A DNA stretch of 64,000 nucleotides from Nageia nagi (Eukaryota; Plantae; Pinophyta), in assembly GCA_050084985.1 (NCBI GenBank), contig JBITNC010000001.1, positions 183,706,001-183,770,000 on the forward strand, given 5' to 3'. Below the pieces are notes generated by a model. That model was not told the origin of the DNA and searched no databases. It worked only from the letters and a program-made list of their open reading frames with translations. A program made the translations under genes and the position numbers. This document shows positions 36,731 through 50,528 of the stretch, piece after piece; the first letter of the stretch is position 1; each line of letters opens with the position of its first letter.

Positions 36731-38199
36731 TACAAATTAATACGAACCGATTTCATCATTTCATTTTTCAAAAAAGTGTTGTTATTAATTATTTGTATGG
36801 ATATACAATGTTGTTGATTATAGACATCATTTTTTAGGAATCATCTACAATTGTAGAGTAAAGAGTTAGAGAAGGAAACACACGAATTGCAAAAATGAAA
36901 GGAGAAATATTTGAAGTAAATAAAGAACATTCAACGAATAATAAATTATTTTAGTAGGCTTACAAGTAACGAGGTACTTTAACATAAAGAGAGTAGAACA
37001 ACTTTGATATGTACTTTGCTCTTGGCTTTATTAGGATTAATGAAGGGAGTGAGCAATGCAAAAGTCTTGCATGCAGTCCAAGTTTGTTAATTTAAAACCA
37101 CGATTAATACTATTATCATTCACTTTCTAAGCATGAATGGAACCTTAGAACACAACAAGTGAAAATTGGATGAGATGCCACATAGCTTCCCTTAATAATT
37201 AAGCTGCGAAAAAGTGTGATGGCTTAAAGTTCTACATTGATAGTAAAATCAATGAGGCGTAAAAAAATACCCTTGCCAGCATGGTACTCCTCTAGCCATC
37301 ACCATCAACACATTAACCACTACGTCACACTACTTCTACGTCGACTATTTAACTTTCCTCTTACTATTTTTAATCTCAACTCCCATCTCTCCTTCCATTT
37401 GCTTGTTAAATTGCCTACAGAAGAGTAGAATACTGCTAGCAGGGGTACCTCATTCTCTCAATAGTTTTTGTTTTTTTTTCTAGTTTCTATTTTTTTGTTT
37501 TCAAGATATCTTGGAATCTACTATCGATTGTATGCATTTTAGAGATAAGTCGTTGCAATACCGTTGGGCCATTTTAGGGCTCCAAAAAGCTGGCGAGTCT
37601 GGTGGAAGAGCAACCTCTAGTGCTTACCTACCATAAAGGTTTATACAGATGAAGAGGAGGAGGAGGAAATTATCGAGGATGAAGAGATCGAGTCGAGGGA
37701 AGAGAAAATGATATCCAAAACAAAGATTTCAACTCAACCGCTTCCAAGATACCTAATTTTTATTTTTTTATTAAAAAATAATTGAATTTTTGAACGACTT
37801 ATTAGAAACTTATTTATTTATTAATTAAATACATATTAATTAAATATTTTGATTATGTTATCTTTTTTAATAAAAAAATAACACTTAAAATCAAAGATAA
37901 CTTTTTATTTACTTTTTTATTACATGAATGCTCTATTAACAGACCCTACTGATGTCGCCACTTTTAATCCCGACTCCACTTTGGGCTCTCTCGCCTATAT
38001 TAGACATGCTTTGAAGGCAGGAGAATAAAAAATCTGCGCATTGTTTGATACACATAGTAAAAAATGCAATGATGATGGGCACCGTTTGGCAAACGTAGCA
38101 GTTATTTAACTAAATGCAGCGTTCAGTTTAAGTGGATCAGTAGAAATTGAAAAACAAAGTGTGACGACAGGAAAATACATCACATGATCGAATTTCTGT

Positions 38200-39110
38200 C
38201 AAATGTTGTGGTTATGAACTGTTTGACAAAATGCCTTATCAAAATACCACCTCATGGAGTGTAATGATCGAAGGGTATGCATAGAACGGATACATAGAGA
38301 AGGTTGCGAGTTGTTTGACTAGATGCGTAATGCAGGCACAGTTTCATGAAATGCAATGATCATTGAATATTCACAAAATGGATTTTTTTGAAAAGGCGTT
38401 CGAGACATTAACCAGATGCAATTTTCAGGAGTAAAAACCCCACTTTGTAACTTTTGCCAGTATTCTACCAGCATGTGCCAACGTATTGTACAAAGGAGCC
38501 GGTGAGTTGTATGACAAAACGCGCAGTGAATATGCCACAAAATACACAGCAGAAAATACTCGTGAAGTGTTTGACAAAATGCAGCAAGCATAGTTTATAG
38601 AATGTAGTGATTGGAGGATATGCAATGACTGCCATACTACAATCAAGTTTATTTTCAAAATTGTTATAGGGGACATTGCTATGAAGGATGCAAAACGAGT
38701 CCATTATTTCAAATATGGAGAATGTTCTTGTGGAGACTATTGGTAATGCAGAGTAATGCAGTGATTGCTGGATATGAACAATATACAGAGACATAGTTAT
38801 ATGGAATGCAATGGTTGGAGGAGATGAAATTCATGGTTAAAGAAAAGATTATTTTAATACGATGAAGCACTTGGGAATCAGCCCTAATTATATAACCTTT
38901 GTATGTGTTCTATTTGTATGCAGCCATTCAGTTCTAATGGATGAAGGTTGTCAATGCTTTAATAGTATCAGTGAGTTTTATTGCATTATTTCCAGGAATG
39001 AACTATTATGCATGTATTATTGATTCTTTTGGCTATATAGGCTACGATGAGGAAGCTTCGGAGTTCATTGTCAAAGTGTTTATAAGACTGTCTAGTTTTT
39101 TGCCAAGTTG
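38200..39110 (+). pseudogene. Mosaic PPR/DYW pseudogene remnant 2
   Basis: ELFDKMPYQNTTSWSVMIEGYA; REVFDKM; RICNDCHTTIKFIFKIVIGDIAMKDAKRVHYFKYGECSCGDYW* (to 38746); then further PPR motifs (WNAMVGG, ITFVCVLFVCSH, YACIIDSFG). Confidence 0.85.
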
Positions 39111-42100
39111 GTTTCCAAAACTACCAAATAACAAGTTGTAAAACTGTCATATTAACTAACAAGGTGGTTTTAAAACTATTTATCTCTTGTTTTGTTACAA
39201 AAAAGACTTGGACAGTAATTGGAAGGGGTTTTTTTATTGAATTTTTTGTGAATAAAGAAGAGATCAACACTTTTACAAGGAAGACATCATACAAGATCGA
39301 AGATTGGAATTGCTATTGGGAGAATAAAAATCTAGATTGTAATTAAGCTTGAAATGTTGGTAACATTATAAGTTTTCTTTTATGATATTGCACTTAGTTT
39401 GAAGAATTGTATGCCTTTTAAATAAAATATTGTATGAGCATTGTTTTTATTACAATCTTCTTTTATGCTCTGCAAGTAGGTTATGTATTCTGGACCAATA
39501 TTTTCTATGTTATTTACAAAAAATATGTTTGCTTAACACTTCGTTACTTTCCATTGCCATTATCTTCTTCCATCTGTGATCCTTTAGATCAGATCTGAGA
39601 TTGCACTATTCTATATGTGGATTGAGCAAATACTGATTACTACAGAATTGGTTTTAGTTAAGCAAATCTTTCTTGCCAAATCCGAAAGTAAACTCTAGAC
39701 AATTCATAGCTGGTGATTCCTTTTCAAATTTTAATTTACAGTTTCTTGATTCTGAATTATTTAGTTTCTTTTTCTTTCTATTGTATCTCTTTCTTCATTA
39801 AATTTCTTTTCTTTCTTTGTTGCACTAAATCTTGGTTTGGTCGTGATTTTGGATTTTTTTTTTGGTAACAAATTGAAGCAAGATAAATCATAAAACTAGA
39901 AAACAACTCCAAAGTCTTTAAAATAATGGTGAATGGTTATTGCTTTACTGATTGAAATATTCCAAGAGTTTTGTTTTGATTTTGTGTATTTTGAAATAAA
40001 CTTTGAGGTTAAATTTCTTTGAAATGGACACAAGTAACGTTGTTTCACCTACATATCGAATTGTCTTTCCCATTTGACTATATAGAAAAGAAAACCTATC
40101 AACATGCCTCTTTTGGCAGATTAAGCATTTCTTTCTTGCTTTCCAAGTTGACTTCTATTTCATAAGTTGGAATAAAAAATCATTCCATAATTCATAAGAG
40201 TAAGAGACCTAGACAAAACTTACTGTATTGTGTTCACAAGTTTCGTTACCTAAGTTAACCAATATTAGGTAAGGTATTACAATTATTCTAAATGAATCAA
40301 TGCATCAATTTATTTAGAGTGTCACTCCATCTTTGTGTTTTTTACACATAATAAGTAGTACAAGTTCAACATTTCCAATTTAGTGTTTGATATTGTAGAA
40401 ATTATTTTCAAAATTTATCTTTTACTTATTGAATAATTTTGAATCATTAAGTTAACAAAATTAAATTGTACACATTAATTTTATTCATAAAGTTCATATA
40501 AATATTTATGTGGAAAAAATTCCTTGTGGGGAAAAGTCGTGGATAAAGAGATGAATCTTTATATTACTTTATCAATGATTTTAAATCTTCATATAAGCTA
40601 TATACATGAATAAATAATCTATGATAGTACAATATCAACTCGTTTTGGTACAATCATTAAATAACAATATTCCATAATGTAGAGTGATTCATGTATAGCC
40701 TCCCAAGTCTCCTAATTTGACATAGTCGATTAACCTTAATGCTTAACCTTCATTACCATGTCATGGAGGTTTTCAATGTTTATGTATAGATTTCATGTAA
40801 TGATTGTTATCAATGTGTGTACATGTACTATATGTCAAAATTGCATTATAAAGATCCTTTCAAATCAAAAATTTAAACCTCAAATACTTTAATATTAATT
40901 ACCATCATAATAATAAACTATAGAATTTTAAGAGCTTTCCTTCTTGCACTAAATACATTATATCTTCATAATATACTAATTCATGTCCTAAATTAACTTC
41001 ATATTCTTCAATTAATTAAAGTATTATTACTATACCTTCAAATTAAAGTACATATTTCATGAAGGGAAATATCATTTTAATTCCATACATCAAATGTGAC
41101 TTTTCCATCAAGAATTAAGGATAACCTTTCTTCTCTTTTTCAATATTTCTAATGTTCATAAAATATCATGAATCAAATATCCTTATCTACATAAATCATT
41201 ATATCCTTCCTTTTTCATATCCTTAACTTAATAAACCAAAATATTCTTATATATATTTATGAGCAAAAGTACTTGCTATTGTAAGAAAATAGTAATTCCA
41301 AAACTAAATTCTCAACTAACTAAATTAGAGTTGGTAATTACTTTGCAATAGATTCAAAATATATATATGAACATGAATAAATTTACCTTTAGAAAATATG
41401 GAAAAACAATCCTTCTAATGCATATAAGAGCATGATTAACTAAATGTTAAATGAGACTACTCTATATGATTTCATCCATATATAATGCAATTTAGACAAA
41501 ATATCTAACTATTCAAGCTTGGCTAGAAATCTTTTCCTCCTTTCTTGTAAGCTATATTTCTTTTATATATAATTGTATTCCTTACTATAATACAACTCCC
41601 TTGAAAAAGAAAATCATAATATTAAAATTGCAAAATAGTCTTAATATGGGTGCATTTTCTTCTTTCTTTAGAAACAAACTTGCTTATCACATTGTATTCA
41701 TTGCATGACATGTAGAGCAATTATGCGAAGGGGCCCTCGTACGACATGTAGAATAGTCATCAATGAATACAACATGATAGATAGTTAACTTTTGTTGAAT
41801 TTAAAGTCTCAATTCAAAGAGCATATCAAGATTTTCAAACTCTAAAGAAGGTTCATGACACCATTGACATGCAAACATGTATTTAATCCTAGTGTGATGG
41901 AGACTTCAAAAGGATACATGAACTCGTCACCAAAAAAACATAACTTGAGAGGAGAAACAATTGTGCAAACATTTCAAACAAAGGCATCCTTGCAAGTATG
42001 ACAAGGACAATATACCCAAAAAATCACTAACCATAAGGATTAAAGTTCGTTGACATGCTACAAGTGATTATCCCAACAAGAAATCACACAAAAGACAACA

Positions 42101-43099
42101 ACAAGTAGTTCATTAGTATAGTACTTAGAGGAGTAGTTTTGAAATAATATGGCTTTAAGATTTGTCTTAAGTGTCTAGATTGAAGACAAACGAAGTGCAT
42201 AAGCATGAGACTTCTTACCAACAAGATAACTTGATAAAACTTTTAACAAAAACCTATCCAGTACTCAAAATTATTTCAAACATTACCTACCAAGGACTAA
42301 ATCAACAAGAGACTATTTGTAAAAGCCAAAACCAAGCTAAGAGAAATATGCCATTCAAGAGCTCATGTCACTTTTCCTTGTGTAGATGAAGAAACATCAC
42401 AAAAAAAATAAGCTAATATGACATGCATAAAAATTGATTCTCTAAACGATATTTCTCCATACATATTCAAGAGAATACTACACTGAGGAGACAAATGGCA
42501 TGTATGATAGCTTCTTGAACCAAAGTTATTACTCACCAAGTGTGCATGCTCCTCTCCTCTTCCTTTATAATCTCCAAATAATACCACCAGCTATACTTCC
42601 TCAAAATTTCTAAGACTCCCTTGTGCATGGTGAGAGAAGTTGAGTTAGCATCGTGCATGGCCTTCTCCTCACATGTTTTCACCCCAATGTAATGTCCCCC
42701 AATCATTCACTTAATGCTTCTTAAGAACATCCCTCACCTGGGATTGAGATACCCTTGATTCTAGAAATCACACCAAACAAGATCCTCAATCATACCTCGC
42801 TCCCCTCTCACATTTCATCATCAACATCACAAAATTTAAAATATATCCCATGTATTCTATTACTATTAAACTCATTTATTTTCAATTTTTATTTATTTAT
42901 TAGAATTCAAACTATTGGATATAATACTCCTTTTATTTTTTTTAATCAAATATTTTTTATTTTATTATCTAAATAACACTTTATTTAAAAGAAATAATAT
43001 ATTTTATCATCTAAAGTGTATACATCTAGATATATAAACATATATATGTATGTGCAATGAAGAGGATCGAAATGAAATATTGAGCTCGGCTTGGTTCTT

Positions 43100-44060
43100 T
43101 GGAAATAGAGGATCGTTCCCCAAATGATGGAGACTTGGTTTCGATCCCTACAAGAACAAATAATGAGAGCACCCATTTGGGTGACCCTACCCAATCTGCC
43201 TTTTGACCTATGGCATCACAAGGTCTTTGAAGGAATTGGGAATTATTTCGGAAGATTTGTCACCGTAGATGATGTTCCCAAAGTTAGATCCATAATGGTT
43301 GTAGCACAATTTTGTGTTTTGGTAGAATTCAGAGTAAAACTATCAAGCTCAATAACCTTGGAAGAAGAAAGCAAAGATGTGGAACAAGAACTATGATATG
43401 AAACCAATAATTGCCTTTGCTCCCTTTGCAACCAGATAGGTCACATTCTGAATTCATGCTCGAGGAGTGTGTTGCGAGATAGGAAGGAATGGAAACCAAA
43501 GTTGCCACAGGAGGAGACACTTCCAGAGGAAGTGGCAGAAGGGAAAGGTCAGAAGGAAGGAGAAATCAACCAAGATAATCAAGGGGATAAGACAAGTGAG
43601 GAGGAAGAAGAAGATGAAAATGAAGTGGATAGCACATTGAACAATAATCCAATGATAGTCGAAGAAGTTCAACCCTTGCGAAATTCCAATGAAGACTGGC
43701 AGATGGTGGAAGGAAAAGGGAAGAGACGAAAGAGCTTCTCAAACTCAATTGGCACAATTATGAAAGAAAATCAATTTGAAAGGCAAATAATGACCAAAAG
43801 CTCATCAAAAGGAAGGCCAACTATGGGAAAAGTGAGAATGAAGGAAACAAAAAGGGATATTATGGATGGCAAGCAAGGCACACTTGACACCTTCAAGGGT
43901 AAAGTACTCTCCAAAAAGGGTGCCCAACAATAGTTCTCTCCAAGAATGTTGATGGTTTGTCCCAAGTAGGAATTAAGTTATTTTGGGAATGTTTCAACAA
44001 AAATTCCAAGTTCGAGTTAGATTGGATCTCTTTGGTTCAGCCAGTGCGAGGATGGTGCGA
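43100..44060 (+). mobile_element. L1-type LINE fragment (ORF1 C-terminal part and a decayed ORF2 start)
   Basis: APIWVTLPNLPFDLWHHKVFEGIGNYFG, CSLCNQIGH knuckle, acidic/basic tail (ORF 43469-43933), then IVLSKNVDGL resembling ILSWNVRGL. Confidence 0.8.
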
Positions 44061-44245
44061 CCAATAAGTAGAAAGGAAAGGTAGTTGCCCGTAGTATGTT
44101 TTGTAGAAACTAAAGGGAATCTTAGAAGACAGTTTTTGAAATATGTGTAATACTGTAGAATATCTATAAACTTTTATATATACAGGTTTTGGGGCCCTAT
44201 TTTTTTGAAAACTCGTTGCAAATTTTTTAACCTTATCCAAATATA

Positions 44246-44276
<31 letters not shown>

Positions 44277-47200
44277 GTGTATGTGTGTGTCCACATGCAT
44301 GCATGCACCCATGCACAAGTATTAAGAAGAAAAATATTTAAATGAGATGTATATCTTAATTTAATCAAAAAAATAATTTACCTTTTTAATTTACCTCTTT
44401 CTTTGGTTGGTAAATTTTAACTGCAATGGAGATGTCATGAACTTAATTCAGGACTCTTATTGTCTTTTATGAAAACACTCTCCAATTGTTGGAAACTTAG
44501 AATATATCAAAGGAGACAATGAGAACTAATACTTAGCATGACAATGGTTCATATGCATACGAGATTTAAAAGTAACTACTTATAGCTAGGATTGTCCATA
44601 TCACCATAGAATAGCAGCTTATAACATATTTTACAATGGTTAAATTTCCTCGATTCAAAATATCGAAACGTATTTAAATGTTATGATGGATGAGTTTAAA
44701 ATTTTTTATGACAATTTTGTGCTCAATCAAGGTCCCAAACCTTTGTTACACTATTAGTATTTTATTTATGATGTAACCATATATGATGAGATTGGGCAAC
44801 TATGGGATTCCACCCAATGCATAAAGTGAAATTGAAGCTACTTCATCTTCCATTTTTTTATGTTCCTATTCTTCCATTTCTTCAACATGTTCTTGTTGAT
44901 CTTATTTCTCTTAATATTCATATTTTGGAGCATGTATGTCTCTTGTTCCATTTTTAGTCAAATTTGAATCAAAAGGACTTTGAATACGTTTTCATTAGCT
45001 TCACTCCTTTTCCTTCAAACAAAATTATTGTTTCCTTCTTGTTTTCCTATTGAGATCCTTAAATACATTTCCTTAAGGTTTATAGTAAATTAAGGTTTCC
45101 AATTATTGCAAACCTAGTAGTTATATATGCTTATATTATATCCATATAATACTTTTTTGTGAAAAGACTTATGCTTTAATATAATGGCACATACCTTTCC
45201 ATGGCAAGTTTTCTCAATTAACAAGGAGTATGATGGAACTCTTATTAACTACATTAAGAAATTCAACCTTGTCAAATAATTATTGATAAAATTATATAGA
45301 TGTTATCATTATAGGGACTACTAGTATTTTATTTTTGATATAACCACATATCATGAGATTGTGCAACTATGAGATTCCACCCCATATACAAAGTGAAATT
45401 AAAGCTACTTCCTCCATTTTTTATGTTCTTATTCTTCCATTTATTCAACATGTTCCTAATGATTTTAACCCTCTCAATATTCATATACCGGCGCATTTTG
45501 TCCCTTATTTCATTCTCCATCACGTTTGAAACAAAATGACTTTGACTACTTTTTAATTAGTGTCACACCTTGTAAATCAAACAAAACTATTCTTTCTTCT
45601 TGTTTGCTCATCATAATTCCTAATGCATTTCCTTAATTATCATAGCAAATTAGGTTTCCAACCATTACAAACCCAATAATACATTTTCTCCTACTAGATC
45701 CATATAATACATTTTTGTGGAAAGACTGATGCTTTAACATCATGATACATACCTTTCCATGACAAACTTTCTCCACTAGTAATGAGCATGTTGAAACTCT
45801 TATCAACTACATAAAAAAATTTCAACCTAGATAAAGAATTATTGATAAAGTTGTATGTGCTACTTTTTTTTTTATTAGAACCAACGAGTAAATTTGATAT
45901 TAATCAAAAAGAAAATCGAGTTTTGAAAGGACCTCAAAAACCAGTGTGTGCTAATATTATAAAGACTACTAGTATTTTATTTTTGATGTAACCACATACC
46001 ATGAGATTGTACAACTATGAGATTCCACCCATTGTATTACTATGATATATAGGTAAATATTTGTCGAGTATAGATAGGAGATTGTTAAAACCTCCTAACA
46101 AGTTGGACAATTTATTGACTCAAACCACTCGTATTCTACTACACAATAAATATTGTTGAGATACTAAAAAATAATATATCAAACAATTATATCTTTGACA
46201 GTGCATTGAACGTTCAAGCTCTTCATTTTGCCTTTGCATTTCAACAAGGATCATCCTTATTCTTTATAAGGATTCAACCACCATGGCTTGCATCTTTAAT
46301 GTTGAATTTAGAACTTCTTCTGACATAGCTTTCTCTCCTTTCAATAGTTCGAGAGTGTGTTATTGCTAGAGACCTTTGGGTATGACCCCACCTTGATCGT
46401 CGTTGTCTCATTCACTAAGCTTTGGATATGGCATGAAACTTCTCCTCTATGAATGACATCCTCCTCACTCTCACAAATATTCATAGGCTCACTTCCATAA
46501 CTTGCTTCCATAATTGCTTTTCAAGGAGCTTATCAAGGGGAGGGGTAAATATAAGGGTTTAGATAAATAGTGGAATTGCTTCTATTGGGTCGATAGCGGA
46601 TTCCCATTGCTACCTGAGCAATAAAGGATTAGGGATTTGTGTTGCTTGGTTGATAGCGGATTCCCATTGCCAAATTCATTGTTACCTAATCGATAACAAA
46701 TTCTTGCTACGAGGTTCATTATTGTTGGATCAACAGTAGATTCCTGTTGCATGGTTTGTTGTTATTGAATTGATAACATATGCTCCTCATTTGAATATTT
46801 TTATTAAATATGTTTATTAAATTTATTTTTTTATAATGTTTTGTGAAATACTACTATAGGTAAAATCAACATTTAACATCATTCAAATACTTATGGACAA
46901 AATTTTATAGATCTTACAAACCAATGGGTTTAAAATGGTATTAAAAGACTCCTATCTACTTATTCTATCAAACATTCAAATACTTAATTGTTTTATATTT
47001 ACTTCTAGACAAACTTTTATAGATCCTACAAAACAATGGGTTTAAATGGACATAAAAAGACTCCTATCCTATAAGTGAAATTGAAAATACTTTATCTTCC
47101 ATTTTTTATGTCCTTATTCTTCCACTTCAACATGTTTATGTTGATCTTCTCTCAAAATTCATATATTGACGCATTTATATCCCTTGTTCCATTTTTGTCA

Positions 47201-49764
47201 CACTTGAAACAAAAGGACTTCGATTACTTTTTCATTAACTTTACTCCTTGTCCTTCAAACAAAATTATATTTCCTTGTTTACCTATCGAGATGCTTTGAA
47301 GGGTATTATTTATATTAATGTAAGATTTCCTTTCATTGTTTTTGCTATGGTGAGTGCTTCCACTTTTTTTTATAGTAAATAGTTTTTACCCATGTCTTAT
47401 GTTTAAGCATATTCTCCACTTTCTAATATTCTCTTTCAACCCTTGAAGAAAATAATTGAGTGTCTCCCTTCAAATGCAATGCATATTATTGATCAACTTA
47501 ATAAGTTGAGACACAAAATCTTCAACCAAATCTATATTAGGCTGAATAGTCATACAACATACACTCCATCATCAATAAGATTATACCATCGTGATTGCCA
47601 AGGACACACTTCCTAGACGTGGAACATGGAAGAGTACAAAATTTTATCGAATTTACCCTAACCATTCTTTTGAATCATTCTAATTTAAGTTTCTTACATT
47701 CAACTTAAGAAATTTGCTATTGCAAGGCCATTGTGAACAAAATTCATTATTGTTTTTTGAATTCAATTTGTAAAAAGACTCGTACCTTTCTTTATATTGT
47801 CAACACTATTGTTTCAAATATTTTTCTTGTTAGCTAATTGATTCTTTCTTCTTTGGATACATTATATTTAATATTTGTGTTTTGTTAATTGTTTGTAACA
47901 TTATATTCTATGTCCTTAGTGTTTGGTATGGATTGATCAAAGTTTTCTAAGTTGCTTATGGCAAATAAGATTTGTAACGTTGTGGAATTTTATTTTTACC
48001 AAATATCAATTGCTCTTTTGAAACTCATTAATGGATAATAGTTGATCTCGCCTAATATGGCTCCTTAAAATCATCCTTTTTTTCACGGTCTTAAATATGG
48101 GCCAATCAAAGGTGTTACTAAGTATACATGGTATTGTGATTACATCAACAAAATGAATTCACTAGAGTAGTTGTCCCGAAGGGGTGGATCTCAATTTGAA
48201 GGCCCGAAGTATAAGAATTTTATGGCTATTGTCAGATATGCATGTCATCATGATCACCTGGATGAGAAATGAATCAAATGATATATCTCTTGATGAGAGA
48301 TTAATTGAATGATATATTCAATCCCAAAATTTTGTTTTTCCTTGTCATTGATATGATAAAGTTCAACAATAAGAAAAACAATTCCAAAAAAAGTTGGAAA
48401 AATTAGCACATAAAGATTAAGGTTTGATGTCTAGCATTCTCACATCATGGTAATGCTCCAAAATTGTTCTTAAAAACATGTAATTGAGACAATTACTCTA
48501 ATACCATTTGTTGTAGTTTAGATAATACAAATAATAAAAAGCATGTGTAGTCCACTCAAAATAATAACAATAACCAATAATCAACCAATTAACATTATGA
48601 TTGCCATATCCAAAATAGTTGAATAATAAAAATTCACAATTAATAATAATAAAGAGATTCTTGAGAGTGTTTGCTACTTCAAAGGGACAATCTCCAAGTA
48701 TTCAAAAATGAAAAATTCTCCAATGATGATTATGAAACTTACTTGTAATTCTATTCGTAATTCTATTCAAGTTCAAGTGTAGCTAATGCACTAATCCTTA
48801 TGCTCTATAAATAACATCCACATGATATAGAGCAAATAAAATAACAAAAATGTGATTATACATAACAAAGAGACAATGATCTATTGAGAAATGAATGCAA
48901 GAGAACTCCTGAGTTTGGATCTCTTGAACAACAAGTGGGAACATTAAAGTTAAGCTCCTTATAGAACATGCTCAACACATCCTTGAGAGATGTTTGAATA
49001 AACCAATTAATCACTTGTTTCATATTTTTGTGATATTATATTCAAGTAATGCTACATTGTGGAATAACATTCTTTAAAAATTACCTCTAAACAAAATTGT
49101 TGATAAAGGTCTTGTATTTCGTCAACAAAGCATGGGAGTACCATTAGCATGAATATGTTTATTGAGGATCTCAAGCACCAACAAAGGCTCCATCCTAGAT
49201 TTAATGGGGAATGCTCTTGATAAGTGAATTACTGTTTTCATTGCTCATCTTTTTTTTTTATGTTGTTTACATATAATATATAAAGTTGTTTGCTCGGAGT
49301 TGGAGAAGTAACGAGAATGCTTCATGAGAGCCTTAAGTTCAAATTTCCTTGCCATTGCATGGTCTAACAAATAGAAATCCTATAGATGCATGTGTGTGAT
49401 CGAAGCCAAATCTATGGAAGGTGACAAACTCTACTTGTGAATCCCTAACCAGCTTTTGAATCAACCAATTTTGTACAAACAACTCAGCCTTATTAGTTGA
49501 TTTGTAGGTGCATATCCTAATATTGATCTGGTCCACCAAAGGCTGCAAATGAAATGGCCTACCAAAGGAAATGCTGAAGTTGTAACCATGCAAACCATTT
49601 CATGATGTTCAATTTCGCCAATGCAAAAGATCGAGATATGGTATTAAGCATAGGACAATTGTTCTTCGGGAAAAGAGGATTATTCTTACATGGTAGAACA
49701 ACTAGAAATCCTAAGTGACTTTGAAGGAATAAATAACCCTTGATGTGGCACCTATCACAAAAGG

Positions 49765-49809
<45 letters not shown>

Positions 49810-50528
49810 AATAGAGTTATCCGTAATGCTCTGGTTGAAAATACTATACCCTTTTTTTTGTTTAATATGTTTGGCTGTAGTCTGTTTCATTTTCACTCAA
49901 ATGGAAAAAGCCCATGTGGACTTTGATTGGGTTCTATTTGAGCTGCACTTAGTCCACAAGATTACCGATGTTATTTTGAACTGAAATATTATGAATCATT
50001 TTTTACTCTTTTTAAAAAAGATGAAAACATAAAATCAGATTATGAAAATCATAAGCTCCCATAGCATCTGCATGGTTCATGGTTTATCATAATATGTGTA
50101 CCTAATTGATTGTTTTCAGCTCTTTGCATTCACCATTTAAACTTTTTATGTCCTTCAGTGGATGGCATATGATTATAAAATGCATTCATAATGAGAAAAA
50201 AAAGCACCCAGATCTATATCATAACAGTATACAGTAGTCAGGACTGACATTAAAATAAAACACCAACTCCTTGCCCATAAGCATTTTCATAGAGAATCCT
50301 TGCCATATTAGGTATGCTTAATATTAACATCAAAGTTCAGAACTAATTTTAAACTAGCCAATTTAGGACAAGCCATTCTAAGGAAATTTGTAAACTGATA
50401 GATTATTCCACGACAAACCTTAAGGTAAACCTCGTTACTGATGACAGCTGAGCTACATGGACTAAACATTTATATTGTTCCGGCTCGTATGCCACTGGTA
50501 GTATTTTGCTGAAACAAATTAGAACAAT

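Noticed and set aside
37500-37755. Possible miRNA-like hairpin (tatcttggaa...ttccaagata)
   Set aside because: Only ~10 bp of pairing, 230 bp apart; no extended stem or recognisable mature miRNA.
41650-42780. Locally less AT-rich block, possibly a retroelement relic
   Set aside because: No diagnostic motif could be read with confidence.
43469-43933. 154-aa charged ORF that looks like an orphan gene
   Set aside because: It directly follows a LINE ORF1 zinc knuckle and is the low-complexity ORF1 tail.
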